From Candidatus Enterousia sp. (GTDB taxonomy: Bacteria > Pseudomonadota > Alphaproteobacteria > Rs-D84), in the NCBI GenBank assembly GCA_045645065.1, contig JAZRIB010000012.1, positions 5,282-69,281 on the forward strand: 64,000 nucleotides of DNA, in the 5' to 3' direction. The position numbers and the translations under genes were made by a program. Numbering within the stretch: the first letter of the stretch is position 1; each line of letters begins with the position of its first letter. This document shows, one piece after another, positions 1 through 9,208 of the stretch. The notes beneath the pieces were generated by a model. It saw only the letters and a list, made by a program, of their open reading frames with translations, made no database searches and had not been told where the DNA came from.

Positions 1-499
1 GGTCTGTGGTTTTTATTACAGATATAAAATTTTCATATGCCTGTGGCACCAATGTTTTTACACCACCGCCATAAAACCAGTCATTAAAATTCAACGGTAT
101 GAATACAGAAGATACAAATACACTGATGGTCTTGGTCGGATTTTTTATTGCGAACGCCAATGCTAATGTCGATCCATAGGAAAAACCCATCGCCACGCAT
201 TTTTCAATATGTAAATGCTCTAACAATAATGCAGCATCATTTACTGCATCCATACAGGTGTTGTCAGCTATTTCGGCACAAGGGACAGAATCGCCACAAC
301 CACGTTGCTCAAATATGATTGTGTAGTATTTATTCATATCGGTCATTGCCGTATATTTGTCTTTGAATCCACCTCCAGGACCGCCATGGAAACACAGCAA
401 AGGAATTCCATTTGGGTTACCATATGTTGCATAGTGAATCTTATGTATCTTTGATACTTTTAGCAATCCGGAACAAAGAGGGGAAAGTGTGTCGTTCAT
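1..499 (-). CDS. Proline iminopeptidase-like alpha/beta hydrolase, 5' part only (gene runs off the left edge)
   Basis: Not in ORF track because there is no stop in the window. Own translation from ATG at 499: MNDTLSPLCSGLLKVSKIHKIHYATYGNPNGIPLLCFHGGPGGGF..RGCGDS..GFSYGSTLALAF. HGGPGGG box plus GxSxG elbow are typical of prolyl aminopeptidases. ATGA overlap with the stop of the HAD gene. Confidence 0.65.
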   Translation of the reverse strand, partial: MNDTLSPLCSGLLKVSKIHKIHYATYGNPNGIPLLCFHGGPGGGFKDKYTAMTDMNKYYTIIFEQRGCGDSVPCAEIADNTCMDAVNDAALLLEHLHIEKCVAMGFSYGSTLALAFAIKNPTKTISVFVSSVFIPLNFNDWFYGGGVKTLVPQAYENFISVIKTTD

Positions 500-1095
500 A
501 GCGATATATTGAATGTTTCTTCCGATGTATATCTGATTGAACGTATGCCAGCTGCTACAGATGCATCTATATTTTGCTGGGAATCATCAATGCAACATGC
601 CTCGGTTGCTTTTATATTTAGAATATCTAGCACCTTGATATAAAACAGGGCATCGTTTTTTTGAACACCCAAGTCAGCAGATGTAAAGACTTTGTCAAAT
701 AATCCAAAAAACTGCGAATGCTGTTCTATGATTCTTTGCGTTCTTATATTTTCTTGATTGGTGGCAATGTAAAATCTATGGCCTTTGGTATGCATATCCG
801 CGACCCAATTTGCCATATCTTCGTTCAATTCTACCTTATACTCTGTCCAGTATTTTATAAAATCATTGGACGACACGTTGTCTATTGTAAGTCCCAGTGT
901 TTTTTCGACATGTTCACACAATGACACTTTGCCAATTATAACATCATCCCAGTTGTTTGATAACAAAGATATTACATCTGCTGTAATTCCCAAGTCTTGT
1001 TTCAAGTTCTTTGTCCAGCAAAAACACCGCTTGCCCGTTGCATCAACATACGAACTTTTTATCAACACATCGTCCAAATCAATTATAATATGCAT
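496..1095 (-). CDS. HAD-superfamily hydrolase/phosphatase
   Basis: N-terminal DxD motif (MHIIIDLDDVL) and C-terminal CIDDS motif. Clear paralog of 34959..35555. Confidence 0.7.
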   Translation of the reverse strand: MHIIIDLDDVLIKSSYVDATGKRCFCWTKNLKQDLGITADVISLLSNNWDDVIIGKVSLCEHVEKTLGLTIDNVSSNDFIKYWTEYKVELNEDMANWVADMHTKGHRFYIATNQENIRTQRIIEQHSQFFGLFDKVFTSADLGVQKNDALFYIKVLDILNIKATEACCIDDSQQNIDASVAAGIRSIRYTSEETFNISL

Positions 1096-1096
1096 T

Positions 1097-2755
1097 TTAG
1101 TCCAAAATTGATTTCAGAGAATCAAACCCTTTGTATTCCTGACTTACATTTGGATCATAAAAAGATGCCTGTGTGTCTTGTCCTACTTTCTCAACATAGA
1201 CTTTGTATTCTGCCGAATTGTTGTAGTACAAACCATTTTCTGCGTTTTCGGCATACTTTTTACTATATCCAGGCAAGAATTTATAATGCAATAATCCAGC
1301 GATAAATGCGGTTTGTGCATTTATCTTATATGGATGCCAGAAGTGCGGATTTATACCTATGGTTTCTTCTGTTGCAAATATCAGTGGATATTTTTGCAAT
1401 GATGGCGATATCTCGAACATTCTTTGTCTAGGACCGCCAAACACGCGACGGTTATACTTACGGTTTGCAAAGGATTCATAAGTACCCGTATCAAAATAGC
1501 GATATTCTTTCACTATATCTTCTGGGGCTATGTTGTCCATATCGGCAAATGTTAAGTTTGGGTACATATCAATCATTATTGCACCTGCCGCCAAACGTTC
1601 CTTGGATTCCAAGTCTGCGATGAAAGTGTTTATATTTTCATGACCAAACACCAACAATTCATCGCTGTCAACAGATAAATACCAGCGGTTCAAACCATAA
1701 TATGACATCAAACGTCTGCGCCAGCCCATCAACTTTCTGCCATTGTATTTGTCGTCTGTATACCAAATATCAACGGCCACATCATATTCGGCGGCTAAAT
1801 TCTTGATAAGTTTAACCGAACCGTCTTTGGAGTCATTATCAATAAACACAAAGTTTTTAACACCAATTTCGGCATAATGCTTTATGAAGTGTGGGATAAA
1901 ATCTGCTGAATCCTGAATCGCTGTGATTAAAATAACATCTTTATCCACCAGTACCATCTTGTCTATGTTCAGGGTTGTCGGTGTCATTTCAGATTTGTAG
2001 ACCCCATTGACGAATAATTCCAAGACCTCGTAAGATACATCCAGGTCATCGACTCTAGTACGTGCCAAATCCAACAGATAAGGTTTTAACGTGTCTGTGG
2101 CAGGTGCCGCATTTTCAATTAAATCGCAACGACGTTTGATTTCATCCGAGTTCAGTTTTTCAATGTATTTGACAAGTTTTTCTACGCTTTCTGCGGTCAG
2201 TTCAATTTCTTTGATTTGTGCATTTTTTGTGCCGGCATGTTCTTTTTCAATCCCATTTATTGTTCCATATTCGTAATCAATAATTGAAATTGCACGCCCG
2301 TGCGATACTGCCAAAATGACATCATCTGGATTATGAGAATTGAAAACATCTACCAAGAACCCGAAAAATCTTGTAACAATTTCACGTTTGTTTTCGCCAT
2401 AACGACCGAAACGGACCTCATAATCGCCACCAATTTGTTTCATTGCCACTTCTATCATTTCAGGGTGTTTCTTGGTGTCGCCACCATGAAAACCATAATC
2501 TATTTCACGTAACCGTTCATCGATTGTGATATTGTGTTTGTCGCCACGTGTATCTAAAAATGTCTGTGCTGTTAAAATTGCACGATTATACGGTGAAGAA
2601 TAAACGGCATCTATTTTTATTGGGGTGTTTTCTGCGGCATTTTTTACCTGTTCAAATCCAAGTTCTGTCAGACCATTCCAAGAATCAGGATCTGTATTTT
2701 GAACCAATTTTGCCTGTGATTTACTTTCACCATGTCGCATAAATAAAATTTTCAT
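1097..2755 (-). CDS. Fusion protein: N-terminal histidine phosphatase (PGAM-like) plus C-terminal family-2-type glycosyltransferase
   Basis: Start moved to MKILFMRHGES (ATG 2755, ATGA overlap with upstream stop). RHGES catalytic motif. C-terminal half has VFIDNDSKDGS..SVDSDELLVF, the GT-A DxD pattern. Confidence 0.7.
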   Translation of the reverse strand: MKILFMRHGESKSQAKLVQNTDPDSWNGLTELGFEQVKNAAENTPIKIDAVYSSPYNRAILTAQTFLDTRGDKHNITIDERLREIDYGFHGGDTKKHPEMIEVAMKQIGGDYEVRFGRYGENKREIVTRFFGFLVDVFNSHNPDDVILAVSHGRAISIIDYEYGTINGIEKEHAGTKNAQIKEIELTAESVEKLVKYIEKLNSDEIKRRCDLIENAAPATDTLKPYLLDLARTRVDDLDVSYEVLELFVNGVYKSEMTPTTLNIDKMVLVDKDVILITAIQDSADFIPHFIKHYAEIGVKNFVFIDNDSKDGSVKLIKNLAAEYDVAVDIWYTDDKYNGRKLMGWRRRLMSYYGLNRWYLSVDSDELLVFGHENINTFIADLESKERLAAGAIMIDMYPNLTFADMDNIAPEDIVKEYRYFDTGTYESFANRKYNRRVFGGPRQRMFEISPSLQKYPLIFATEETIGINPHFWHPYKINAQTAFIAGLLHYKFLPGYSKKYAENAENGLYYNNSAEYKVYVEKVGQDTQASFYDPNVSQEYKGFDSLKSILD

Positions 2756-3879
2756 TGTATTGCCTCCAATAATTTGTCTATTACGATATCCCAAGTGTAA
2801 TTTTGCTCTATAAAACTACGGGCTTTTTTACCCATATTTTTGCAAATTTCACGTTCTTTAAAGGATATCATGATTTTATCCTTAATGCCATTTATATTTT
2901 CTGGTTCAACAAGCATACCGCGCTCATTTTCCAGTAAGGATTTGTTTACGTCGGTATTGCTGGCCACCACACAAATGCCAGATGCCATAGCCTCCAATAT
3001 GACGCCTTGCAAACCCTCGCCATAGCGAGATGGGAATACTGCCATGTCCGCATTTTGAAGATACTTTTGTGGCGTTCCGGACTCGCCTACAAAATGCACA
3101 ACATTGGCAATCTGTAATTCTTTTGTTAGGCGTTCTAATTCTTCCCGTTGCGTGCCATCACCCACAATACAGACAACCAAAGAACGCAACATCTCGCCGG
3201 GCAATTGCGCTACTGCTTGTAATAATAAGTCGCTGCCTTTTCTTTCTATCAATCTACCGACAAAAACGATGCGAAATAATTCGCTTGTGTTATCTTTCGC
3301 AGGACAAAAACGCACAGCATCAACCCCCGTGTGTATAACTTGAATTGGAACGGAACTATATTTTTGCCAATAATCACGAACCTCATCCGTAATCGCCAAA
3401 ACTTTATCATACATGGCCAAAAAAGTTGTTCTGAACATACTTTCTTCTTCCGGCACGCCAGATAGATATACGATATTCTTTTTAACTTTGTCGGATGGGA
3501 TTACCAGCGCATCTAAATTAAAACAAGACAACAAACCATCAAAAACGATGTTTGTTCTCTCTATTGCAGAATATAGTCCACGATTGTACAACATTGCCTC
3601 GTTAAACCATCTGTGTTTTGTTTTAGCGTGCAACGGCAAATAAACCTTGTTGGCTCTTTCTTCCATGTTTATTTCAACAAATGTGATTTTGTCGCTATGC
3701 GCGTCCTTGAACTGCAAATACTGTTGGGAATAATGCAACTGGACAGATTGGGGATTTATTGTAAAAAAATATACCTTTATGCCGCGTTGTGCCAGATGTT
3801 TGGCATGTTCCATGGATACAATTTCGCCACCGCCGACAAAGTAAGATGCTCTTGGGTTATTTACTGCGATTGTTTGCAT
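2752..3879 (-). CDS. Glycosyltransferase family 4 (GT-B, Glycos_transf_1)
   Basis: GRLIERKG..VGDG..FPSRYGEGLQGVILEAMASG motif block is typical of GT4 enzymes. Confidence 0.85.
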   Translation of the reverse strand: MQTIAVNNPRASYFVGGGEIVSMEHAKHLAQRGIKVYFFTINPQSVQLHYSQQYLQFKDAHSDKITFVEINMEERANKVYLPLHAKTKHRWFNEAMLYNRGLYSAIERTNIVFDGLLSCFNLDALVIPSDKVKKNIVYLSGVPEEESMFRTTFLAMYDKVLAITDEVRDYWQKYSSVPIQVIHTGVDAVRFCPAKDNTSELFRIVFVGRLIERKGSDLLLQAVAQLPGEMLRSLVVCIVGDGTQREELERLTKELQIANVVHFVGESGTPQKYLQNADMAVFPSRYGEGLQGVILEAMASGICVVASNTDVNKSLLENERGMLVEPENINGIKDKIMISFKEREICKNMGKKARSFIEQNYTWDIVIDKLLEAIQ

Positions 3880-4639
3880 GCGTTATATCCGTCTGTAATA
3901 TGTTTATATATTCGCCCAACAGGTTAAGGCTGGTTTGTATGTTGTCTAGTCGGCCACTGAACACTTCACAAAAGTCTATTTTACGATGAAATTTTTCTTT
4001 TCTTAGTTGGTTGGCTTTCTCAACGGACATTCCTGCGTTTGCGTTTAACACTTTGGTTAAATTCAACATCTGACCAATACCCCCACCGTGCAAAACGATT
4101 AAAGGTGTTCCCTTGGAGTGTATGTAATTTTTAAAAGATTGGACTACACGCAAAGCATATTCATTATGTGTTTCTCCGTATGGGATATCAACAAATTCTC
4201 TTAACAACAGGGGATGCGGTTGCCCAAATCGATAATTATAGTTTCCAGCGGCTCGTTCTGTATTGAAAGCAATCCAGGCATGATGCATTAACGCCGCTTT
4301 GTCGTCATGTGCCAAGCCATCAATCAACATTTTGCCCTGATACAGTTCGTTTATATTTTTGTCTGGATTAAACGTATACGGAACTCCGTCTTTATTCAAT
4401 TGTTCTGCTATAATTTCTGCAGTTTGTATAGTTCTTTTCTTAGCACTAGAATAAATTGGGATTACTGTATTTAACTCGCCAAGTTGTTTCGACAGTGGTC
4501 CGGCTCTTTTTTGTGCCATATCGATACCCTCGGCAGTCAAGTCTGTGTCGTTCTTGCCGTCAATATAACTTGGGTCATCATAAGCATGTCGAATTAACAT
4601 ATAGTCAAAATGGTTATACATTTTGTAACTCCTTGGCAA
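3857..4639 (-). CDS. Histidine phosphatase family protein
   Basis: YMLIRHAYDD (RHG-type motif), TAEGI, later LHGG. Overlaps both neighbouring genes. Confidence 0.65.
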   Translation of the reverse strand: MPRSYKMYNHFDYMLIRHAYDDPSYIDGKNDTDLTAEGIDMAQKRAGPLSKQLGELNTVIPIYSSAKKRTIQTAEIIAEQLNKDGVPYTFNPDKNINELYQGKMLIDGLAHDDKAALMHHAWIAFNTERAAGNYNYRFGQPHPLLLREFVDIPYGETHNEYALRVVQSFKNYIHSKGTPLIVLHGGGIGQMLNLTKVLNANAGMSVEKANQLRKEKFHRKIDFCEVFSGRLDNIQTSLNLLGEYINILQTDITHANNRSK

Positions 4640-5564
4640 AGTCTATGTCTTTATCCAAATATCTGAGCATCCAGTATTGTTCTGCATCAGATGTATGCAA
4701 ATTTTGCAGGATGTCTGGATTGGATTGCAAAAAGCCCAACAGGTCTTTTCGCCATTTTTGGTATAAAATTTGATTCGATACCTTTAACAGTTGTTGGCGA
4801 TCTAGCGATTTTATTGACTTACCTCTAAAATGATGGACGTATGTATCGTGGCAAATGGCACAATCATAGCCTAATGCCATTATTGCCCAACACATGTCAA
4901 TGTCTTCGCCGCCATATTTCGGATAATCGGGGTCCGCAAAGTATCCTAGTTCCTTGTAAGCCGCTGTGCGACACAAGCATACGCACGTACTTAAAGAGTC
5001 TGGAAACTTAATTATTTCTAGTGGGGCTTTATTCTGCTGAACAACATTCTGGGTAAACGTGTCAAAATCTTCTACCGCCATTTCAGTGAAAGATTCTAAT
5101 TCTTTACGCCAATCGTCCGTTTCCTCTAAACTAAGCAACTTTTCCATTGTGGATACTTTGGCATTGTATTTGGTTCGCAGGGCTGTGCGTAATGGGTTTA
5201 GTGCCGCTACGTTAGGTTTTTCTTTTATGCAGACCAGCATCTTGTCAAGCCAGCCGCTGGCAAAGTACAAGTCATTGTTGCAAAAGCACGAAAACTCATA
5301 ACGGTTATCTATTGATACTTTCAGACCTTGGTTATAAGCAAAACCCACGCCCATATTTTCTTTGTTGCGAATAATATGAACTTGTCGCAAGAATTCATTC
5401 GGTTTAAGCGAATCTAAATATATCCCAGTGTCATCAACAGATCCGTTGTCTATGATTGTCAGAACAAAAGGAATTTTGGTATTTTTCAGGAGGGAACCGA
5501 CAGTCGCCCTTGTGTATTCAACGGCGTTATAACAGATTATTATGATATTAACCTGCGGTCGCAT
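4614..5564 (-). CDS. Glycosyltransferase family 2
   Basis: VNIIIICYNAVEYT..IIDNGSVDDT N-terminal GT-A signature. Confidence 0.85.
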   Translation of the reverse strand: MRPQVNIIIICYNAVEYTRATVGSLLKNTKIPFVLTIIDNGSVDDTGIYLDSLKPNEFLRQVHIIRNKENMGVGFAYNQGLKVSIDNRYEFSCFCNNDLYFASGWLDKMLVCIKEKPNVAALNPLRTALRTKYNAKVSTMEKLLSLEETDDWRKELESFTEMAVEDFDTFTQNVVQQNKAPLEIIKFPDSLSTCVCLCRTAAYKELGYFADPDYPKYGGEDIDMCWAIMALGYDCAICHDTYVHHFRGKSIKSLDRQQLLKVSNQILYQKWRKDLLGFLQSNPDILQNLHTSDAEQYWMLRYLDKDIDFAKELQNV

Positions 5565-5594
5565 AGCATATTTTTAACACTAAAAAACAAAAAG

Positions 5595-6305
5595 TCAAGT
5601 GTTATTTTCAAAATACGTATTTATGAACTTTTTAGTTTGATTCAACATTTCTGCTATCAAATCATCATCATTCTTTGCAAAGAAAATGTTTTCATCCTTT
5701 CCTGCCCATATTTGCGGTGTGTGCAGTTTGAACAGTAATATATTTCTTCCTATATTGAATTGTTCCAATTTTTTTTCTTCTTCATTGATTTGTTGTGTGA
5801 AAACAACAGCTATCGCTTTTTTCATGTTGTTATGATTGTAAAAATCTAAAAATTCGGCAATTTTAGGCAACAGCTCATCAATGTTCATATTTGGGTTATG
5901 TCTATAATGATAAAAAAAACAAAGTGGCTGGTCATCCGTTTTAATTTGCCGCATCCGTTCTATTTTTCTTGTATAACTGTCAAAATGTTCTTTGTCGCCG
6001 ATAACATCATGATGGGTAAACTCAAACCCTTTTTGATGGGCTTGACTGTAAATGTTGGCACATTTGACAATGTGTTTAGAACGAACTGCTTTGGGCGGCA
6101 GGCCCTGCTCATTGGCATAATATAAGCCGTCTTGGGATAACAAGTTTGAATAGTTATTGTCTTCCAGCGCAATCGCATAATCTATGTTGGATCTGGCATA
6201 AGAATACGGGGTGGAAAAAGACTTTAACCCGTGTCGTTCCAAAATGATATCTGTCAGACAATTTTCGCCAATGGATAAATAAATTATGTTTTTATGATTT
6301 ATCAT
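5595..6305 (-). CDS. DUF1796-like protein (putative papain-like peptidase family), first gene of the operon
   Basis: IYLSIGENCLTDIILERHGLKSFSTPYSY resembles the DUF1796 N-terminal signature. Recalled from memory only. Confidence 0.45.
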   Translation of the reverse strand: MINHKNIIYLSIGENCLTDIILERHGLKSFSTPYSYARSNIDYAIALEDNNYSNLLSQDGLYYANEQGLPPKAVRSKHIVKCANIYSQAHQKGFEFTHHDVIGDKEHFDSYTRKIERMRQIKTDDQPLCFFYHYRHNPNMNIDELLPKIAEFLDFYNHNNMKKAIAVVFTQQINEEEKKLEQFNIGRNILLFKLHTPQIWAGKDENIFFAKNDDDLIAEMLNQTKKFINTYFENNT

Positions 6306-6337
6306 GTAATTCTTTTGTCTTTATACGTTTCTGAGGC

Positions 6338-6607
6338 TTACAGGCCACTTTTGCCGTAAACAATCTTAAAGTTCCAACGGTTCTTTTTACGGACTGAAAA
6401 GTGCGGCCGGTCAGAATCAATAATGAAAACGATTTTACCAACCCAGATGCGAAAATAACGAGCATGAACGTTGTTGATTTTGATTTTTTCGTGGGTTCGC
6501 ATTTCTGTGCCATCGGTGTATTCCACCTCTGAACTTTGACCAAAACCATACCGGTTGTTATCAAAATCCAGACCATATTCGTTGAATATCTTTTTAATTT
6601 TTGTCAT
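6338..6607 (-). CDS. Hypothetical protein
   Basis: 89-aa ORF, co-directional with neighbours. No recognisable motif. Confidence 0.35.
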   Translation of the reverse strand: MTKIKKIFNEYGLDFDNNRYGFGQSSEVEYTDGTEMRTHEKIKINNVHARYFRIWVGKIVFIIDSDRPHFSVRKKNRWNFKIVYGKSGL

Positions 6608-6679
6608 CGCATATGCCTCCTTTCCTCATCGGGGCTTTTGTATCTATTGTAATGACACGATTGGCAATTGCAAATGTTT

Positions 6680-6916
6680 TTATTGTGAGCCATAGAATAC
6701 GGTATCTGACCCGACAATCTCTTTTGGTATGTCGTATCCCATCTTGCGTAATACGGCGATAATTTCCTTTTCTGTGCGGCCCGTTTCCAACCAACACAGA
6801 CAACTGCTTTCTACCACAAAGTCTTCTTTTATGGCTTTGCACATCGCATCAATGCCATCATCAGTATTTATTGCGTACATCAGTGCGGCCAAGTATACGT
6901 TTTTCTTTTGTTTCAT
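6680..6916 (-). CDS. Hypothetical protein
   Basis: 78-aa ORF with no motif. Confidence 0.35.
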   Translation of the reverse strand: MKQKKNVYLAALMYAINTDDGIDAMCKAIKEDFVVESSCLCWLETGRTEKEIIAVLRKMGYDIPKEIVGSDTVFYGSQ

Positions 6917-6928
6917 TGTTTTTACCTC

Positions 6929-7216
6929 TTAGTCTAATTCTGCTATGTCTTTGGCTGTTACGTATATGAATCCGAACCAATTCACCATTATTTGCATTTG
7001 TTGCTTGCGGCTCTTGCCAGCTATTTCAGCATAGAACTGGTCCATTTCTTCCTGTGATATTTCCAGCTCTGTCTGCACCCCAGCGCACACACGTTTTAGA
7101 TACGCAAGGTTGTGTGTTGGTTCTCTCATATCGATAACTCTGCCGGCTGGGTATTTTGCTTGCACAGGTAGTCTTTTTCTGAACAGGATTCGTTTTATCA
7201 TTTGGTCTGTTAACAT
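6929..7216 (-). CDS. Hypothetical protein
   Basis: ORF trimmed to MLTDQMIKRILF (ATG 7216). No motif. Confidence 0.3.
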   Translation of the reverse strand: MLTDQMIKRILFRKRLPVQAKYPAGRVIDMREPTHNLAYLKRVCAGVQTELEISQEEMDQFYAEIAGKSRKQQMQIMVNWFGFIYVTAKDIAELD

Positions 7217-7289
7217 ATCTGTTTCCTTTGTTTTTTCTACACACAAACTACCGGAACAAAAGCACAAGTCCAGTAAATAAGACACTTTT

Positions 7290-7767
7290 TTATACCCCCA
7301 ACATCTGGGCTGTTATGCTGTTGACCGCTTTATAAGTTGCGGCATCGCCTACGTGTGCATACCCCTCGGTCGTTGTGACTCTTGTATGCCCAGCCGCATC
7401 TTTCAGGGCCTGGAATTGAGCTAAAAGTACTGCCTGCCGCTAATTTTTCCACTGCTTTTTGACTAGCCTGTAGAGCATAAAATAAGTAGTCTCTATCAAC
7501 CAGTTCTTTTGGGGACAAAGCTGCTAAACCACGACCGATGCATATTTTTCTGTTTGTTATATTGACTACACCCACAGGAGCTCTGACACAAATAACAATA
7601 TCATCTTTGTTGGCTATCTTTGTGGGGGCGTTTGTTTTTACTTTGGAGCAATTCAAAAAAACAGATCCAAAATTAGTTTTTCCTTGATGAAATTCCATCC
7701 CAGTCTGCTCATTCATAGACGAGCCTGCTGGAGATTGCCCCATTGTTATATCTGCCAAATCTTTCAA
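7290..7767 (-). pseudogene. Relic: single target-recognition half of a type I R-M HsdS subunit, frame-shifted into the 3' end of a tyrosine recombinase gene
   Basis: ORF 7330..7767 has an HsdS-like TRD pattern (GQSP..FHQGK..DIVICVRAPVG..GRGLAAL..YLFYAL..GSTFSSI). In another frame, 7290..7418 reads QFQALKDAAGHTRVTTTEGYAHVGDAATYKAV..*, the LGH..tT..Y.H catalytic tail of a tyrosine recombinase. Confidence 0.6.
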
Positions 7768-7847
7768 AAAAATGCTCGTTTTGTTGCTAATTTATAAACC
7801 GAACTAACGAAAAGGGGGAAAGTACAAAAATATACAGGGGCTATAAT

Positions 7848-8465
7848 ATGGTTTACGGATACATTCGCGTAAGCACCGATAAACAAACAGTTGAAAATCA
7901 GCGTTACGAAATAAATCAATTTTGTAAACGTAATGGCACTAAAATTGAACGCTGGGTCGAAGAAATAATATCTGGCACAAAAGACCCGGGAAAACGAAAG
8001 CTGGGCGCTGTGATCGATTATATGAAGCCAGGTGATATTCTTATATGTGCCGAGTTATCCAGGCTTGGACGAAATCTGCTTATGATCATGGGGATACTAA
8101 ATCACTGCATGAACCGGGGAATTCAAATATGGACAATAAAAGACGGATATAGGTTGGGTGATGACATAAGTTCCAAAGTTTTGGCATTTGCGTTTGGCTT
8201 GTCTGCGGAAATAGAACGTAATCTGATAAGTCAACGCACCAAAGAAGCCCTGGCACGAAAACGTAATGAAGGGGTTATTCTGGGGCATCCAAAGGGGGTA
8301 AAGAACACAAAAACAAAACTAGCCGGTTGTGAAGAGAAAATATGGCAAATGTACAGCAAGCATTATACCCAAAAGACCATCGCTAAACGCCTGCACGTAC
8401 ATCCGATCACTATCCACAGGTTTTTTACGGCCAACCGGACACAATTACCACATATACAATGCTAA
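7848..8465 (+). CDS. Serine recombinase (resolvase/invertase family)
   Basis: MVYGYIRVSTDKQ catalytic Ser motif, LSRLGR, SAEIERNLISQRTKEAL, C-terminal HTH. Confidence 0.9.
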   Translation: MVYGYIRVSTDKQTVENQRYEINQFCKRNGTKIERWVEEIISGTKDPGKRKLGAVIDYMKPGDILICAELSRLGRNLLMIMGILNHCMNRGIQIWTIKDGYRLGDDISSKVLAFAFGLSAEIERNLISQRTKEALARKRNEGVILGHPKGVKNTKTKLAGCEEKIWQMYSKHYTQKTIAKRLHVHPITIHRFFTANRTQLPHIQC

Positions 8466-8528
8466 TAATTTTGCAAAAGATGCCAGCTGCCCGGTGTTGA
8501 AGTTCTATTGTATATAAGGTGATCGAAC

Positions 8529-8858
8529 ATGAACAATATATCAAATATTTCTTTTCAAGTCCCCACACAACAGAACGCAATGGGAAATCTAATATCGTTG
8601 GCCAGTATAGTAATTGACAGCGTGTTTTTGGTGTCTGAGATCGAAATATGCAGTCTGAATGGAAATATGGCTGATGTGTATGTTGAATGGCCTAAAAATT
8701 TCGCGGTTACTAATTCAGATCAACAAGCAACGCTGGAAAAACGAATATTGGACAAATTTGCAGATAAATATCGTGGTTTCCCATTGCGCGAGAAGCCTAC
8801 ATTGCGAGAAATTATCGAGCAGGTTTGCCGGACATATCTGTCAAAAAAAGGCCTTTAG
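8529..8858 (+). CDS. Hypothetical protein
   Basis: 109-aa ORF followed by a shared hairpin terminator. Confidence 0.4.
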   Translation: MNNISNISFQVPTQQNAMGNLISLASIVIDSVFLVSEIEICSLNGNMADVYVEWPKNFAVTNSDQQATLEKRILDKFADKYRGFPLREKPTLREIIEQVCRTYLSKKGL

Positions 8859-8904
8859 AAGAAATTTGAGCTTTGTGCACATAGGCTTTGCAGTGCAATA
8901 AAGA

Positions 8905-8932
8905 AGGGCAAGTAATTTCTTGCCCTGTTTTT
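8905..8932. terminator. Bidirectional hairpin between convergent genes
   Basis: GGGCAAG-taattt-CTTGCCC stem followed by a T-run. Confidence 0.6.
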
Positions 8933-9207
8933 TATGGTAGCGGATCTTGTTTTTTGAGCCAGTCATATATTTCCTGTCGCTCGCGATCAAACAATTTTAT
9001 TGAAAAACTTTTACCATTCAGGTGGTTGTTCATAACAGTTGCACCAGATTCTTTAGAAAAGGTTACTGTTTTTTGCCCGTCAGTAAAAGGCATATCCTGT
9101 TCTAGGCAGACCAGAAATTTGTACAGCTTACTTTTACTTACGATGACTTTACGATATCCATTGAATACGAAGTCATATGCGAATTTGTTTTCATTTACAA
9201 CTAACAT
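8932..9207 (-). CDS. Hypothetical protein downstream of the helicase-primase
   Basis: Trimmed to MLVVNENKF (ATG 9207). GGAG RBS overlaps the stop of the upstream gene. Confidence 0.4.
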   Translation of the reverse strand: MLVVNENKFAYDFVFNGYRKVIVSKSKLYKFLVCLEQDMPFTDGQKTVTFSKESGATVMNNHLNGKSFSIKLFDRERQEIYDWLKKQDPLP

Positions 9208-9208
9208 T

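Noticed and set aside
3737-3746. 10-nt match (GCAACTGGAC) to the tRNA-Asn 3' region as a candidate distal att site
   Set aside because: It is too short, lies inside the GT4 coding sequence, and does not extend to the tRNA 3' end.
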